Below, one piece after another: positions 1 to 10,117 of a stretch of DNA of 64,000 nucleotides. Within the stretch, counting starts at the first letter, position 1. Every line of letters begins with the position of its first letter. A program made the position numbers and the translations under genes. Location: assembly GCA_965262585.1 (NCBI GenBank), contig OZ253546.1:136653-200652 (forward strand). Direction: 5' to 3'. This DNA comes from Candidatus Poriferihabitaceae bacterium. GTDB taxonomy: Bacteria > Pseudomonadota > Gammaproteobacteria > Arenicellales > Poriferihabitantaceae. Under the pieces are notes generated by a model. That model made no database searches and was not told the origin of the DNA. It was given only the letters and a program-made list of their open reading frames with translations.

Positions 1-19
1 GCAGTAGTATCCGGGAAGC

Positions 20-121
20 GATTATACAGGGGGGAATAGGCAGTGCAAGAACAACAACGAACATCTTTTGGACGCGCGACACTCCGATTATACAGGGGGG
101 AATAGGCAGTGCAAGGACAAC
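20..121 (-). CRISPR. Two 36-38 nt direct repeats with a 66-bp period (36-nt repeat plus 30-nt unique spacer) at the window edge. Possibly the end of a type II-C-like CRISPR array that continues left of position 1.
   Basis: Copies at 20-55 and 86-121 (GATTATACAGGGGGGAATAGGCAGTGCAAG[A/G]ACAAC) differ at one base, and 56-85 between them is unique. On the minus strand the unit reads GTTGT[T/C]CTTGCACTGCCTATTCCCCCCTGTATAATC. Only two copies are visible, so a simple duplication cannot be excluded. Confidence 0.4.
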
Positions 122-274
122 ACAATAACAAGCCCATAGGAGATCGGATCGCGACACCGCCGCTGGAGCAAAAACACCCCGCCTTTATTCCGGCTTTTGA
201 TCGTCCTGACGATGCGCGATGTAAAGCAGGACGAGCAATGCGGCCGCCGCAATCAAAGTAGCCCCAAGTGCCGG

Positions 275-373
275 TTATTTGTTTTTGTTGTTTTTGTTTT
301 GGTGTAGCACAGCAAAGAACACGATAAGCAGTGGTACCGTCCCAACTAACAATGCGGCGATGGCAGGATCCAT
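275..373 (-). CDS. Hypothetical 32-aa hydrophobic peptide (MDPAIAALLVGTVPLLIVFFAVLHQNKNNKNK).
   Basis: ATG preceded by GAGGT 7 nt upstream. One predicted TM helix and a Lys/Asn tail. It is below the ORF-track size cutoff and I recognise no family. This call competes with the anti-repeat idea for the same region. Confidence 0.25.
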   Translation of the reverse strand: MDPAIAALLVGTVPLLIVFFAVLHQNKNNKNK

Positions 374-417
374 AATCATTACCTCTGTTTGTATGCGGCT
401 GTTAATATTAACACAAT

Positions 418-882
418 TAAGGAGCGGCTTACGCCGACATGTTTTACTGGATTCCCGATACGATGAAAAATATGGTCGCTGGCGCTCCCTATTTTTCTAT
501 CGTTCGGGAATGACGCACTTTTGATATTCCTCGTTTGCGGATGAGGACTCCCAGATCGTCATTCTCGTGCCGCCAAGTCGTTATTCCCGCGACAGCGGGA
601 ATGACGAGTTGGGGGACACGGGAATCCAGTGAGACATGCCGGCGATAGCCGACTCATTATTAGTTTTCTGGATTCCCGATACGATGAAAAATATGGTCGC
701 TGCCGCTCCTTATTTTTCTATCGTTCGGGAATGACGCACTTTTGATATTCCTCGTTTGCGGATGAGGACTCCCAGACTCGTCATTCTCGTGCCGCCAAGT
801 CGTTATTTCCGCGACAGCGGGGATGACGAGTTGGGGGACACGGGAATCCAGTGAAATATGCCGGCGATAGCCGACTCCTTAA
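418..882 (+). repeat. Mosaic hairpin-repeat array R1 (A-, B- and D-units, ATTCCC-N8-GGGAAT cores).
   Basis: A-unit at 451-511, D-unit at 516-557, B-unit at 558-630 with core ATTCCCGCGACAGCGGGAAT at 583-602. A second A/D/B set follows. Confidence 0.9.
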
Positions 883-1419
883 TTATTTATGCAACGCCAT
901 TTCTATTTTTTCGCGGTCTCGGTTTGGGTCGGGGGTTGCTGTTATGGCTTCGATTTTTTTTATGTAGTCGGGGGGTAAACCGGCTTCTTTGGCGCCGGTT
1001 AGGACGTGTTGTTTATACCAAGTGAAGGGGTGGATGGTGGTGTTGATTGCGGTGGGGGCGGCGCAATAGGTGAATGCGGTTTCAGTTTCGCCGGTTTCAT
1101 TTAGTACGCGGACTACTTTTTTTTCGTAGCCGTATCCCAAACCTTCGGCTTTATCTAATGCGTCTACTTCGCCAGCGTCAATGGTGAATAATCTGCCGAT
1201 TACGGCGTGATTTTTGTCTCCGGTATAATACGCATCGCATTTACCCGAGCCGTCTTTGTCGCTGCGTTTATGAAAACGTAAATCGTGGGCTGGCAAGGTG
1301 TAGATTCCGATTACTTTTGCGCTCGGCACTCGCTTGCACAACCGCCGCGCAAACATGTTGGAGCCATATGCAAAATATTTTTCCTGCATTTCTATTCCGC
1401 TATCTACAAATGAGATCAT
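883..1419 (-). CDS. Gamma-glutamylcyclotransferase (AIG2/GGACT-like) family protein.
   Basis: N-terminal YFAYGSNM motif typical of the GGCT fold. About 170-aa size. The start may be the internal Met (MQEKYFAYGSNM). The gene is AT-richer than its neighbours. Confidence 0.7.
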   Translation of the reverse strand: MISFVDSGIEMQEKYFAYGSNMFARRLCKRVPSAKVIGIYTLPAHDLRFHKRSDKDGSGKCDAYYTGDKNHAVIGRLFTIDAGEVDALDKAEGLGYGYEKKVVRVLNETGETETAFTYCAAPTAINTTIHPFTWYKQHVLTGAKEAGLPPDYIKKIEAITATPDPNRDREKIEMALHK

Positions 1420-1461
1420 AATAATGTGTGAGCAATTACAACATACATGAAGTACGCCAGA

Positions 1462-3138
1462 TTACATATTCACATAATTAGGACCGCCGCCACCTTCGGG
1501 CGTTACCCAGGTTATGTTTCCGGTTGGGTCTTTGATGTCGCAGGTTTTGCAGTGTACGCAATTTTGGGCGTTGATGCGAAATTCGGGGTTGCCGGAGTCG
1601 CTGCCGGGGAGAAATTCGTATACGCCGGCCGGGCAGTAGTATGCTTCGGGGCCGGCGTAGGTGGTGAAGTTTACTTTTATGGCGTCCGCGGGTTTGGTTA
1701 ATTGCAAGTGAACCGGTTGGTCTTCTTCGTGGTTGGTGTTGGATAGGTATACCGATGAGGTTTTGTCGAAACTAATTTTGCCGTCTGGTTTTGGATAGGC
1801 GATTGGTTTGCATTCCGATGCCGGTTTGAGGGTGGCGTGGTCGGCTGTCGGGTCGGTTAAGTTGAAAGCGAGTTTGCCGTTGAATAGGTTTTGATCGAGG
1901 TAGTTGTAAGCACCGCCCATCCACACGCCGAATTTATGCAATGCCGCGCCGAAGTTTCTTGATTTATGTAGTTCGTGGTGTAGCCATGAATCGTTGAAAC
2001 GTTGTTGGTAGGAATCGAGTGAAGCGCCTCCGGTCAATGTTTCGGTCAACGTTTCAAATACCGTTTCGGCGGCGATCATGCCGGATTTCATTGCAGTGTG
2101 TGATCCTTTAATCTTGGAAAAATTGAGGGTGCCGGCGTCGCAGCCAATCAACAATCCGTTGGGTAATACCATTTTCGGTAGCGCATTGAGGCCACCTTTG
2201 GTGATGGCACGGGCGCCGTAGGCGATGCGTTCGCCGCCGTCGAGATGTTTGCGAAATACCGGATGATGTTTGAGGCGTTGCAGTTCGTCGAAGGGGCTGA
2301 GGTAGGGATTGTCGTAGGAAAGGTCGGTGATTAATCCGAGCGAGACCAGATTGTCGCCGAGGTGATAGAGGAACGAGCCGCCGGATGCGCCGTTTTGCGA
2401 AAGCGGCCAACCGGCGCCGTGCACCACCAGCCCGGGTTGATGTTTGCCCGGGTCGATTTGCCATAGTTCTTTGATGCCGATGCCGTAATGTTGGGTTGCG
2501 CGGTCGGCATCGAGGTTGAATTTTTCAATCAACTGTTTGCCGAGATGCCCGCGACATCCTTCGGCGAAAATGGTTGCGCGCGCGTGTAGTTCCATTCCCG
2601 GTTCAAAGGATGTTTTGCGTTCGCCAGCGACATCACGCCCCATTTCGCTGGTGGCGACTCCTTTGATGCCGCCGCCTTCGTGATATAACACTTCGCATGC
2701 TGGAAAGCCCGGAAAAATTTCCACGCCGAGTGCTTCGGCCTGCTGCCCCAACCAACGGCACACTTCGCCGAGGCTGACGATGTAATTGCCATCGTTACGC
2801 ATGGGTTTCGGCACCATCGCGTGGGGTATCGAGATTGCTTTTTCGGCGTTGCGGAATAGATATAGTTGATCGGTTGTGACCGGGGTGTTGAGGGGTGCGT
2901 TTTGGTCTTTCCAATCGGGAAATAATTCGTCCATCGCACGGGGTTCGAACACCGCCCCAGACAAGATATGCGCGCCCACCTCCGAGCCTTTTTCCAATAC
3001 CACCACGGATAATTCCTGCGCCCGCGCTTTGGCGAGTTGCATCAAGCGGCAAGCGGCGGATAAACCAGCCGGACCGGCGCCGACTATGACGACGTCGACT
3101 TCCATGGATTCTCGTTCGGGCGGGGTGCTGCTGGGCAT
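1462..3138 (-). CDS. Electron transfer flavoprotein-ubiquinone oxidoreductase (ETF-QO).
   Basis: FAD dinucleotide motif VVIVGAGPAGLSAA. C-terminal 4Fe-4S motif CPAGVYEF...NCVHCKTCDIKDP. ORF trimmed to Met52 (MPSSTPPE), giving about 558 aa. Confidence 0.9.
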   Translation of the reverse strand: MPSSTPPERESMEVDVVIVGAGPAGLSAACRLMQLAKARAQELSVVVLEKGSEVGAHILSGAVFEPRAMDELFPDWKDQNAPLNTPVTTDQLYLFRNAEKAISIPHAMVPKPMRNDGNYIVSLGEVCRWLGQQAEALGVEIFPGFPACEVLYHEGGGIKGVATSEMGRDVAGERKTSFEPGMELHARATIFAEGCRGHLGKQLIEKFNLDADRATQHYGIGIKELWQIDPGKHQPGLVVHGAGWPLSQNGASGGSFLYHLGDNLVSLGLITDLSYDNPYLSPFDELQRLKHHPVFRKHLDGGERIAYGARAITKGGLNALPKMVLPNGLLIGCDAGTLNFSKIKGSHTAMKSGMIAAETVFETLTETLTGGASLDSYQQRFNDSWLHHELHKSRNFGAALHKFGVWMGGAYNYLDQNLFNGKLAFNLTDPTADHATLKPASECKPIAYPKPDGKISFDKTSSVYLSNTNHEEDQPVHLQLTKPADAIKVNFTTYAGPEAYYCPAGVYEFLPGSDSGNPEFRINAQNCVHCKTCDIKDPTGNITWVTPEGGGGPNYVNM

Positions 3139-3308
3139 GATTATTTTTCCGGTGGTAGGGCGGGGTTGCGCATTTTGTGGATTATTGTAATGTAATTTGC
3201 ATGTTTTTCCATGCTGAATGGAGGGGAATTGTTTTACAGTAAAAACATGTCCGGCGTAAGCCGCTCCATATGGGGTAGAATGCCCTACCAATTTTGATAA
3301 TTTGTGTT

Positions 3309-4559
3309 ATGTCATCCGCATCTACAAAATCTCCGGCGAAACCAAACGAAGTCAGCCGGGCATTGTATGACCAAGTTATGACGCCTAACTATGCGCCGAT
3401 GTCGATTTTGCCGGTGCGTGGCGAGGGTTCGCGTATTTGGGATGCGGATGGCAATGAGTATCTGGATTTTGCCGCCGGGATTGCGGTTAGTGTGCTTGGG
3501 CATGCCCATCCGCAACTTCGTGAGGCACTCGCTGCGCAGGCGGATAAACTCTGGCATGTCAGCAACTTGCTTGCCAACGGGCCGGCCATCGAATTGGCGC
3601 GGCGGTTGTGCGGCATCACTTTTGCCGAGCGGGTGTTTTTTGCCAACTCCGGGGCTGAAGTCAACGAAGCCGCGCTCAAACTGGCGCGCCGTTATGCTCT
3701 CGATGTGCATGGTTCGGGTAAGAACGACATCATCGCCTTCGATAATGCTTTTCACGGGCGGACTTTTTTTACCGTATGCGTCGGCGGGCAATCCAAATAC
3801 AGCGACGGCTTTGGCCCCAAACCCGGTGGCATTATTCATACGCCATTCAACGATGTCGCGGCGCTGGAAAAAGTAGTCGGCGAGTCCACCTGCGCGATAA
3901 TCCTTGAGCCCATTCAGGGGGAGGGCGGGGTTACGCCAGCCACTTCGGAGTTTGTCGCCGCCGCCCGCGAATTGTGCGACCGCCACAACGCGCTCTTGAT
4001 ATTGGATGAAATACAAACCGGTGTCGGGCGTTCCGGCTTTTTGTATATGTACGAAAAATTGGGCGTTACCCCGGACATTTTGACCACCGCCAAAGGTCTC
4101 GCCGGTGGCTTTCCCATCGGCGCGATGCTGACCACCGAAGCCATCGCCAAAAGTTTCGCGGTGGGCGTCCACGGCAGCACTTTCGGCGGCAATCCTATGG
4201 CATGCGCGGTCGCCAATCGGGTGCTGAAAATCGTCAACACCGAGCCAATGCTGGCGGCGGTGCGCGCAAAAGGTCGGTTGTTGAAACAGGGATTGAAGTC
4301 AATCAACCAGCGCTTTCAACTATTTAGCGAAATCCGTGGTGAAGGATTGTTGCTTGGTTGTGAATTGAATGACTTGTGGCACGACCGCGCTAGGGCGATT
4401 CTCACCGCTTGCACCGGGCATGGGTTGCTGGTGCTAAACGCCGGTCCGAATGTGCTGCGCTTTGCCCCGGCGTTAACCATCGACGAAGCAGAAATCGCCC
4501 GTGGGTTGGAATTGTTGGAAGCGGCTATTGTTGAGGTTGCGGAGGAGTGTAAGGGCTGA
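3309..4559 (+). CDS. argD: Acetylornithine/succinylornithine aminotransferase (class III PLP aminotransferase).
   Basis: Motifs FANSGAEVNEAALKLAR, LILDEIQTGVGRSG and TTAKGLAGGFPIGA (PLP lysine region). First ATG at 3309. Confidence 0.85.
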   Translation: MSSASTKSPAKPNEVSRALYDQVMTPNYAPMSILPVRGEGSRIWDADGNEYLDFAAGIAVSVLGHAHPQLREALAAQADKLWHVSNLLANGPAIELARRLCGITFAERVFFANSGAEVNEAALKLARRYALDVHGSGKNDIIAFDNAFHGRTFFTVCVGGQSKYSDGFGPKPGGIIHTPFNDVAALEKVVGESTCAIILEPIQGEGGVTPATSEFVAAARELCDRHNALLILDEIQTGVGRSGFLYMYEKLGVTPDILTTAKGLAGGFPIGAMLTTEAIAKSFAVGVHGSTFGGNPMACAVANRVLKIVNTEPMLAAVRAKGRLLKQGLKSINQRFQLFSEIRGEGLLLGCELNDLWHDRARAILTACTGHGLLVLNAGPNVLRFAPALTIDEAEIARGLELLEAAIVEVAEECKG

Positions 4560-5050
4560 ATGACGAGTTTTGATACTCCTCGTTTGCCGATGAGGACTCC
4601 CAGACTCGTCATTCTCGTGCCGCCAAGTCGTTATTCCCGCGACAGCGGGGATGACGAGTTGGGGGACACGGGAATCCAGTACAACATGCCGGCGATAGCC
4701 GACTCCCTACGCCGTCATTCTCGCGAAAGCGGGAATCCAGTGAGACATGCCGGCGATAGCCGACTCCTTATTAGCCTTCTGGATTCCCGATACGATGAAA
4801 AATATGGTCGCTGACGCTCCCTATTTTTCTATCGTTCGGGAATGACGACGCACCGCCGTCATTCTCGTGCCCCCAAGTCGTTATTCCCGCGCCAGCGGGG
4901 ATGACGAGTTGGGGGACACGGGAATCCAGTAAAACATGCCGGCGATAGCCGACTCCTTATTTGGCCTTCTGGATTCCCGATACGATGAAAAATATGGTCG
5001 CTGGCGCTCCCTATTTTTCTATCGTTCGGGAATGACGAGTTTTGATACTT
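4558..5050 (+). repeat. Mosaic hairpin-repeat array R2.
   Basis: D-, B-, C- and A-units. C-unit example GTCATTCTCGCGAAAGCGGGAATCCAGT at 4714-4741. The array starts at the argD stop and runs into the nudC 3' end. Confidence 0.9.
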
Positions 5051-6032
5051 CCGCCAGCCAAGTGTCAATCAAAATTCTTGCGATGGAATCTCGGCGGGGT
5101 AGGGCGATGTCGTTGTTGGGGTCGTCGTATTCGCCGAATTTTTGGATTTCGGCGGCGCTGAACCAACGGGCGTCCTCCAGTTCATGGGCGGCGATGGTGA
5201 TTTTTTGGTCGCGGGTGTGGGCGTGGAAACCCATCATCATGCAGGACGGGAATGGCCACGGCTGGGATGCCAGATAGGTGGTTTGGCAAACCGCGATGCC
5301 GGTCTCTTCCATGACTTCCCGTGCCACCGCTTCTTCCAAACTTTCGCCGGGGTCCACATAACCGGCGAGGGTGGAATAAACCCGCTTGGGCAGGTTTCGG
5401 CTTCGTCCTAATAGGCATCGGGGGATTCCATCGTCGGGCGCGAGTTGTTCTACCAGCATGATTACCGCCGGGTCGATTCGGGGAAATAATTCCCGCGCAC
5501 ATTGTGCGTCAACGCAACGGCGCATGTGTCCGCCTCGGTGGCTGTGGGTGGGGTTGCCGCAACGGCCGCAGTATTGATTTTGTCGATGCCAATAGGCGAG
5601 GCCACGGGCATAGGCCATGGTCGCCGCTTGTTCGCCGCCGAGTACCGTGCCGACTGTGCGTAAATCGAGGAATTTGGCTTCGGTGGCGGTGGCGGCAATC
5701 AGCCGCATGGCGTGGTGTTCTTCCAAGTGGGTGATGTCGGCGGCAAATATCGGCGCGTGGCGGTCGTGGCCGAGGTAAATTAGTTCGGTTGAATCCAAGA
5801 CCATGACTTCGGCCCAGTGTTTATTGACATCGCATGCTTCGATAAAACAGGCTTCTGGCTGACTCAATGCCTGATCTTGTCGATGCTGCCTGAATAAGTT
5901 GCGGTCACGCCACAGCGGTAGAATCCGGGTGTGGTCGGAATTGAGTTGCCGGAGAATCCACGCCGGGTCTTCGCGCAACACGCTGCTGCGGTCGAGGGGC
6001 ATGCCGCAATAGGTCGGTGGCGGGAAAACCAT
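5019..6032 (-). CDS. nudC: NADH pyrophosphatase (Nudix hydrolase with zinc ribbon).
   Basis: Zinc ribbon CGRCGNPT...RRCVDAQC. Nudix box GYVDPGESLEEAVAREVMEETGI. SQPWPFP motif. The start may be Met11. The last ~8 codons and the stop lie in repeat sequence. Confidence 0.85.
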   Translation of the reverse strand: MVFPPPTYCGMPLDRSSVLREDPAWILRQLNSDHTRILPLWRDRNLFRQHRQDQALSQPEACFIEACDVNKHWAEVMVLDSTELIYLGHDRHAPIFAADITHLEEHHAMRLIAATATEAKFLDLRTVGTVLGGEQAATMAYARGLAYWHRQNQYCGRCGNPTHSHRGGHMRRCVDAQCARELFPRIDPAVIMLVEQLAPDDGIPRCLLGRSRNLPKRVYSTLAGYVDPGESLEEAVAREVMEETGIAVCQTTYLASQPWPFPSCMMMGFHAHTRDQKITIAAHELEDARWFSAAEIQKFGEYDDPNNDIALPRRDSIARILIDTWLAEVSKLVIPER

Positions 6033-6056
6033 GGGCAGGGCTGATTCAGAAGCCCA

Positions 6057-7010
<954 letters not shown>

Positions 7011-7216
7011 CTAACGCAAAGCGCGGGGCGTAACCCGCGAAAGCCCGGTGGGGGGCGTGGGTAGTTTCGCGTCTAGGGCGTATTGCGGCGATATACCGCC
7101 GGGCGGCAATTATGCTATTATTGCCGACCTTGCGAATATCCTGATTAACCTCCAACCAATTCTTGACTTGCCCGACTGCCACCGGCATCGGGGCGGGTAT
7201 GAATGAGGCCTCATTA

Positions 7217-8383
7217 ATGTCAAATTCCTTTTTGTTTACTTCCGAATCGGTCTCCGAAGGCCATCCTGATAAGATTGCCGACCGAGTTTCGGATGCGGTG
7301 CTCGATGCGCTGTTGAGTCAAGATCCGCTGTCACGGGTTGCCTGCGAAACTATGGTCACCACTGGCATGGTAGTGCTCGGCGGCGAGATTACCTCAAGCG
7401 CATCGGTGGATTTTCCCGAAGTGGTGCGCGATGCCATTGCCGACATCGGCTACAACTCTTCGGAAATGGGTTTTGATGCGCGAAGTTGCGCGATCCTCGT
7501 ATCCCTCGACAAGCAGTCATCGGACATCGCCCAGGGGGTCAACGAAGGGGAAGGGTTGGACCTCGATCAGGGCGCCGGTGATCAGGGCTTGATGTTCGGC
7601 TATGCGTGCAACGAAACCGACGTGCTCATGCCGTTTCCCATTACCTACGCGCATCGGCTGGTTGCCAAGCAAGCCGAAGTGCGCAAATCCGGCAAACTTT
7701 CGTGGTTGCGCCCGGATGCCAAATCGCAGGTGACGGTGCGCTATGTTGATGGCAAACCGCAGACCGTGGACACCGTGGTGTTATCCACTCAGCACGATGA
7801 AGGCGTCGAACACGGCGAGTTGTCCGAGGCGGTTATCGAAGAAATAATCAAGCCGGTGTTGCCCGTTGAAATGATCACCGCCGACACGCGATTTTTGGTG
7901 AACCCCACCGGGCGTTTTGTCATCGGCGGCCCGGTCGGCGACTGCGGCCTTACCGGACGCAAGATCATCGTCGACACTTACGGCGGCTCGGCGCACCACG
8001 GCGGCGGTGCTTTCTCCGGCAAGGACCCGTCCAAGGTTGACCGCTCGGCGGCTTACGCCACCCGGCATGTCGCCAAGAACGTGGTGGCGGCGGGATTGGC
8101 GGACAAATGCGAGGTGCAAGTCGCTTATGCCATCGGGGTTGCGCAGCCGGTCTCGGTGATGGTGGAAACTTTCGGCACCGGAAAAATCGCCGATGCGCAA
8201 ATTGAAAAACTGATTGCCAAGCACTTCGATCTGCGCCCCAAGGCCATCGTTCAAAGCCTCGACCTACTCAGACCGATTTACCGCAAGACCGCCGCTTACG
8301 GACATTTCGGGCGAAACGATAGCGACTTTACTTGGGAAAACACCGACAAGGCCGGGCAGTTGCGCGCCGACGCTGGCCTCTGA
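7217..8383 (+). CDS. metK: S-adenosylmethionine synthetase.
   Basis: Motifs [28 protein letters not shown] and [19 protein letters not shown] trimmed to the ATG at 7217. Confidence 0.95.
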   Translation: MSNSFLFTSESVSEGHPDKIADRVSDAVLDALLSQDPLSRVACETMVTTGMVVLGGEITSSASVDFPEVVRDAIADIGYNSSEMGFDARSCAILVSLDKQSSDIAQGVNEGEGLDLDQGAGDQGLMFGYACNETDVLMPFPITYAHRLVAKQAEVRKSGKLSWLRPDAKSQVTVRYVDGKPQTVDTVVLSTQHDEGVEHGELSEAVIEEIIKPVLPVEMITADTRFLVNPTGRFVIGGPVGDCGLTGRKIIVDTYGGSAHHGGGAFSGKDPSKVDRSAAYATRHVAKNVVAAGLADKCEVQVAYAIGVAQPVSVMVETFGTGKIADAQIEKLIAKHFDLRPKAIVQSLDLLRPIYRKTAAYGHFGRNDSDFTWENTDKAGQLRADAGL

Positions 8384-8417
8384 TTCTTACTTATTTATAC
8401 CCTACCGGACTGTAAAA

Positions 8418-9848
8418 ATGCCTACACAAACCGCACAACAACTCAACCCCGATTATCAAGTGGCGGACATCAGTCTGGCCGGTTGGGGGCGCAAGGAAAT
8501 GAACATTGCCGAAACCGAAATGCCCGGACTGGTGTCGGTTCGGCAGAAATATGCCGATGAACAGCCGTTGAAAGGTGCGCGTATTGCAGGCTCCCTGCAC
8601 ATGACCATCCAGACGGCGGTGTTGATTGAGTCGCTGACCGCACTCGGCGCGCAAGTGCGTTGGGCTTCGTGCAATATATTCTCGACTCAGGATCACGCCG
8701 CCGCTGCCATCGCCGATAGCGGCGTGCCGGTGTTCGCCTACAAGGGCGAGTCGCTCGAAGAATATTGGGAATTTAGCCACCGCATCATGCATTGGGGAGA
8801 CGGGCACGGCGAAGACTGCGCGCCTAACATGATTCTCGATGACGGCGGCGATGCCACGCTGTTGCTGATACTCGGCACCAAGGCGGAAAAGGATCTCTCG
8901 GTGCTCGACAACCCCGGTAGCGAAGAGGAAGTCGCGTTGTACGCCGCCATCAAAAACCGCCTGAAAAGCGATGGCGGATGGTATAGCCGCCGCCTCGCCA
9001 ACATCCGTGGCGTTACCGAAGAAACCACCACCGGCGTTCAACGTTTATATCAAATGGCGGCGCAAGATGGTTTGCCATTCCCGGCAATCAATGTAAATAA
9101 CTCGGTCACCAAATCCAAATTCGACAATCTGTATGGCTGCCGCGAGTCGCTGGTTGACGGCATCAAGCGCGCCACCGATGTAATGATCGCCGGCAAGATC
9201 GCGTTGGTGCTCGGCTACGGCGATGTCGGCAAAGGCTGCGCGCAATCGCTGCGCGGATTGGGCGCGACCGTGTGGGTTGCCGAGGTCGATCCGATCTGCG
9301 CGTTGCAGGCGGCGATGGAAGGTTATCGGGTGGTGCGAATGGATGAAGTGTGCGGGGAAGTGGATATTTTTGTCACCGCCAGCGGCAACTTCAACGTCAT
9401 CACCCACGACCACATGTTGCGCATGAAAGATCAGTCCATCGTCTGCAACATCGGGCATTTCGACAACGAAATCGACATTGCCGAGATGAAAAAATACCAA
9501 TGGGAAAACATCAAACCGCAAGTCGACCAAATCATCCTGCCGAGCGGCAACCGCATCACGCTACTCGCCGAAGGCCGCTTGGTCAACCTCGGCTGCGCCA
9601 CCGGCCATCCGAGTTTTGTGATGTCCAACAGTTTCACCAATCAGGTATTGGCACAAATTGAACTATGGCGAGACTTTGCCAAATACGACAACGAGGTTTA
9701 TGTACTCCCCAAACACCTGGACGAAGAAGTCGCCCGCCTCCACCTAGAAAAAGTCGGCGCCAAACTAACCAAAATGACCCAACAACAAGCCGACTACATC
9801 GGTGTACCAGTAGACGGCCCGTATAAACCGGAGCATTATCGGTATTGA
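8418..9848 (+). CDS. ahcY: Adenosylhomocysteinase.
   Basis: Motifs [29 protein letters not shown] and [10 protein letters not shown] (NAD site). C-terminal YRY. The ORF-track N-terminus overlaps metK, so I trimmed to the ATG at 8418. Confidence 0.95.
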   Translation: MPTQTAQQLNPDYQVADISLAGWGRKEMNIAETEMPGLVSVRQKYADEQPLKGARIAGSLHMTIQTAVLIESLTALGAQVRWASCNIFSTQDHAAAAIADSGVPVFAYKGESLEEYWEFSHRIMHWGDGHGEDCAPNMILDDGGDATLLLILGTKAEKDLSVLDNPGSEEEVALYAAIKNRLKSDGGWYSRRLANIRGVTEETTTGVQRLYQMAAQDGLPFPAINVNNSVTKSKFDNLYGCRESLVDGIKRATDVMIAGKIALVLGYGDVGKGCAQSLRGLGATVWVAEVDPICALQAAMEGYRVVRMDEVCGEVDIFVTASGNFNVITHDHMLRMKDQSIVCNIGHFDNEIDIAEMKKYQWENIKPQVDQIILPSGNRITLLAEGRLVNLGCATGHPSFVMSNSFTNQVLAQIELWRDFAKYDNEVYVLPKHLDEEVARLHLEKVGAKLTKMTQQQADYIGVPVDGPYKPEHYRY

Positions 9849-9944
9849 TTCTGAAAAAATAGGCGTGAAATTGTAGTCAAAAGCGAGTTCTCGTCTATTT
9901 TTTGTGTATACTATTTTTCTAATCAAACGCCGATATGTAATGCC

Positions 9945-10115
9945 ATGGACCGTTTAACTAAAATCGAAACTGATATTAAGCACATGGTCACCAAGGAAGA
10001 TATCCAAAAAGTAAAAGTGTGGATACTGGGTGGATTACTGGGTGGATTGCTCGGTGGAATGGGCATTGCTATTATATTGACCATTACCGTCCCAAAATCA
10101 TTTTTCCTTCCTTAA
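9945..10115 (+). CDS. Hypothetical 56-aa tail-anchored membrane protein.
   Basis: ATG ORF in an AT-rich stretch. Charged N-terminal half (MDRLTKIETDIKHMVTKEDIQK) followed by a Gly/Leu-rich TM helix. It is in a different frame from the ORF-track entry at 10019 and I recognise no family. Confidence 0.35.
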   Translation: MDRLTKIETDIKHMVTKEDIQKVKVWILGGLLGGLLGGMGIAIILTITVPKSFFLP

Positions 10116-10117
10116 AA

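Noticed and set aside
184-274. A second small hydrophobic ORF (..LGATLIAAAALLVLLYIAHRQDDQKPE) directly downstream of the 32-aa ORF on the minus strand.
   Set aside because: It is in frame after the first ORF's stop, but it has no ATG or GTG start and no ribosome-binding site. Only an internal TTG would give ~23 aa.
8214-8417. N-terminal extensions in the ORF track for ahcY. Comparable extensions exist for ETF-QO to 3291, metK from 7163, pstS to 25430, acs to 38687, metY from 38634, yceI to 36511, the SCO1-like gene from 32521 and ccmE from 62931.
   Set aside because: The extensions overlap neighbouring genes or repeat units and lack family-conserved sequence. Internal Met codons give N-termini that match the canonical family starts.
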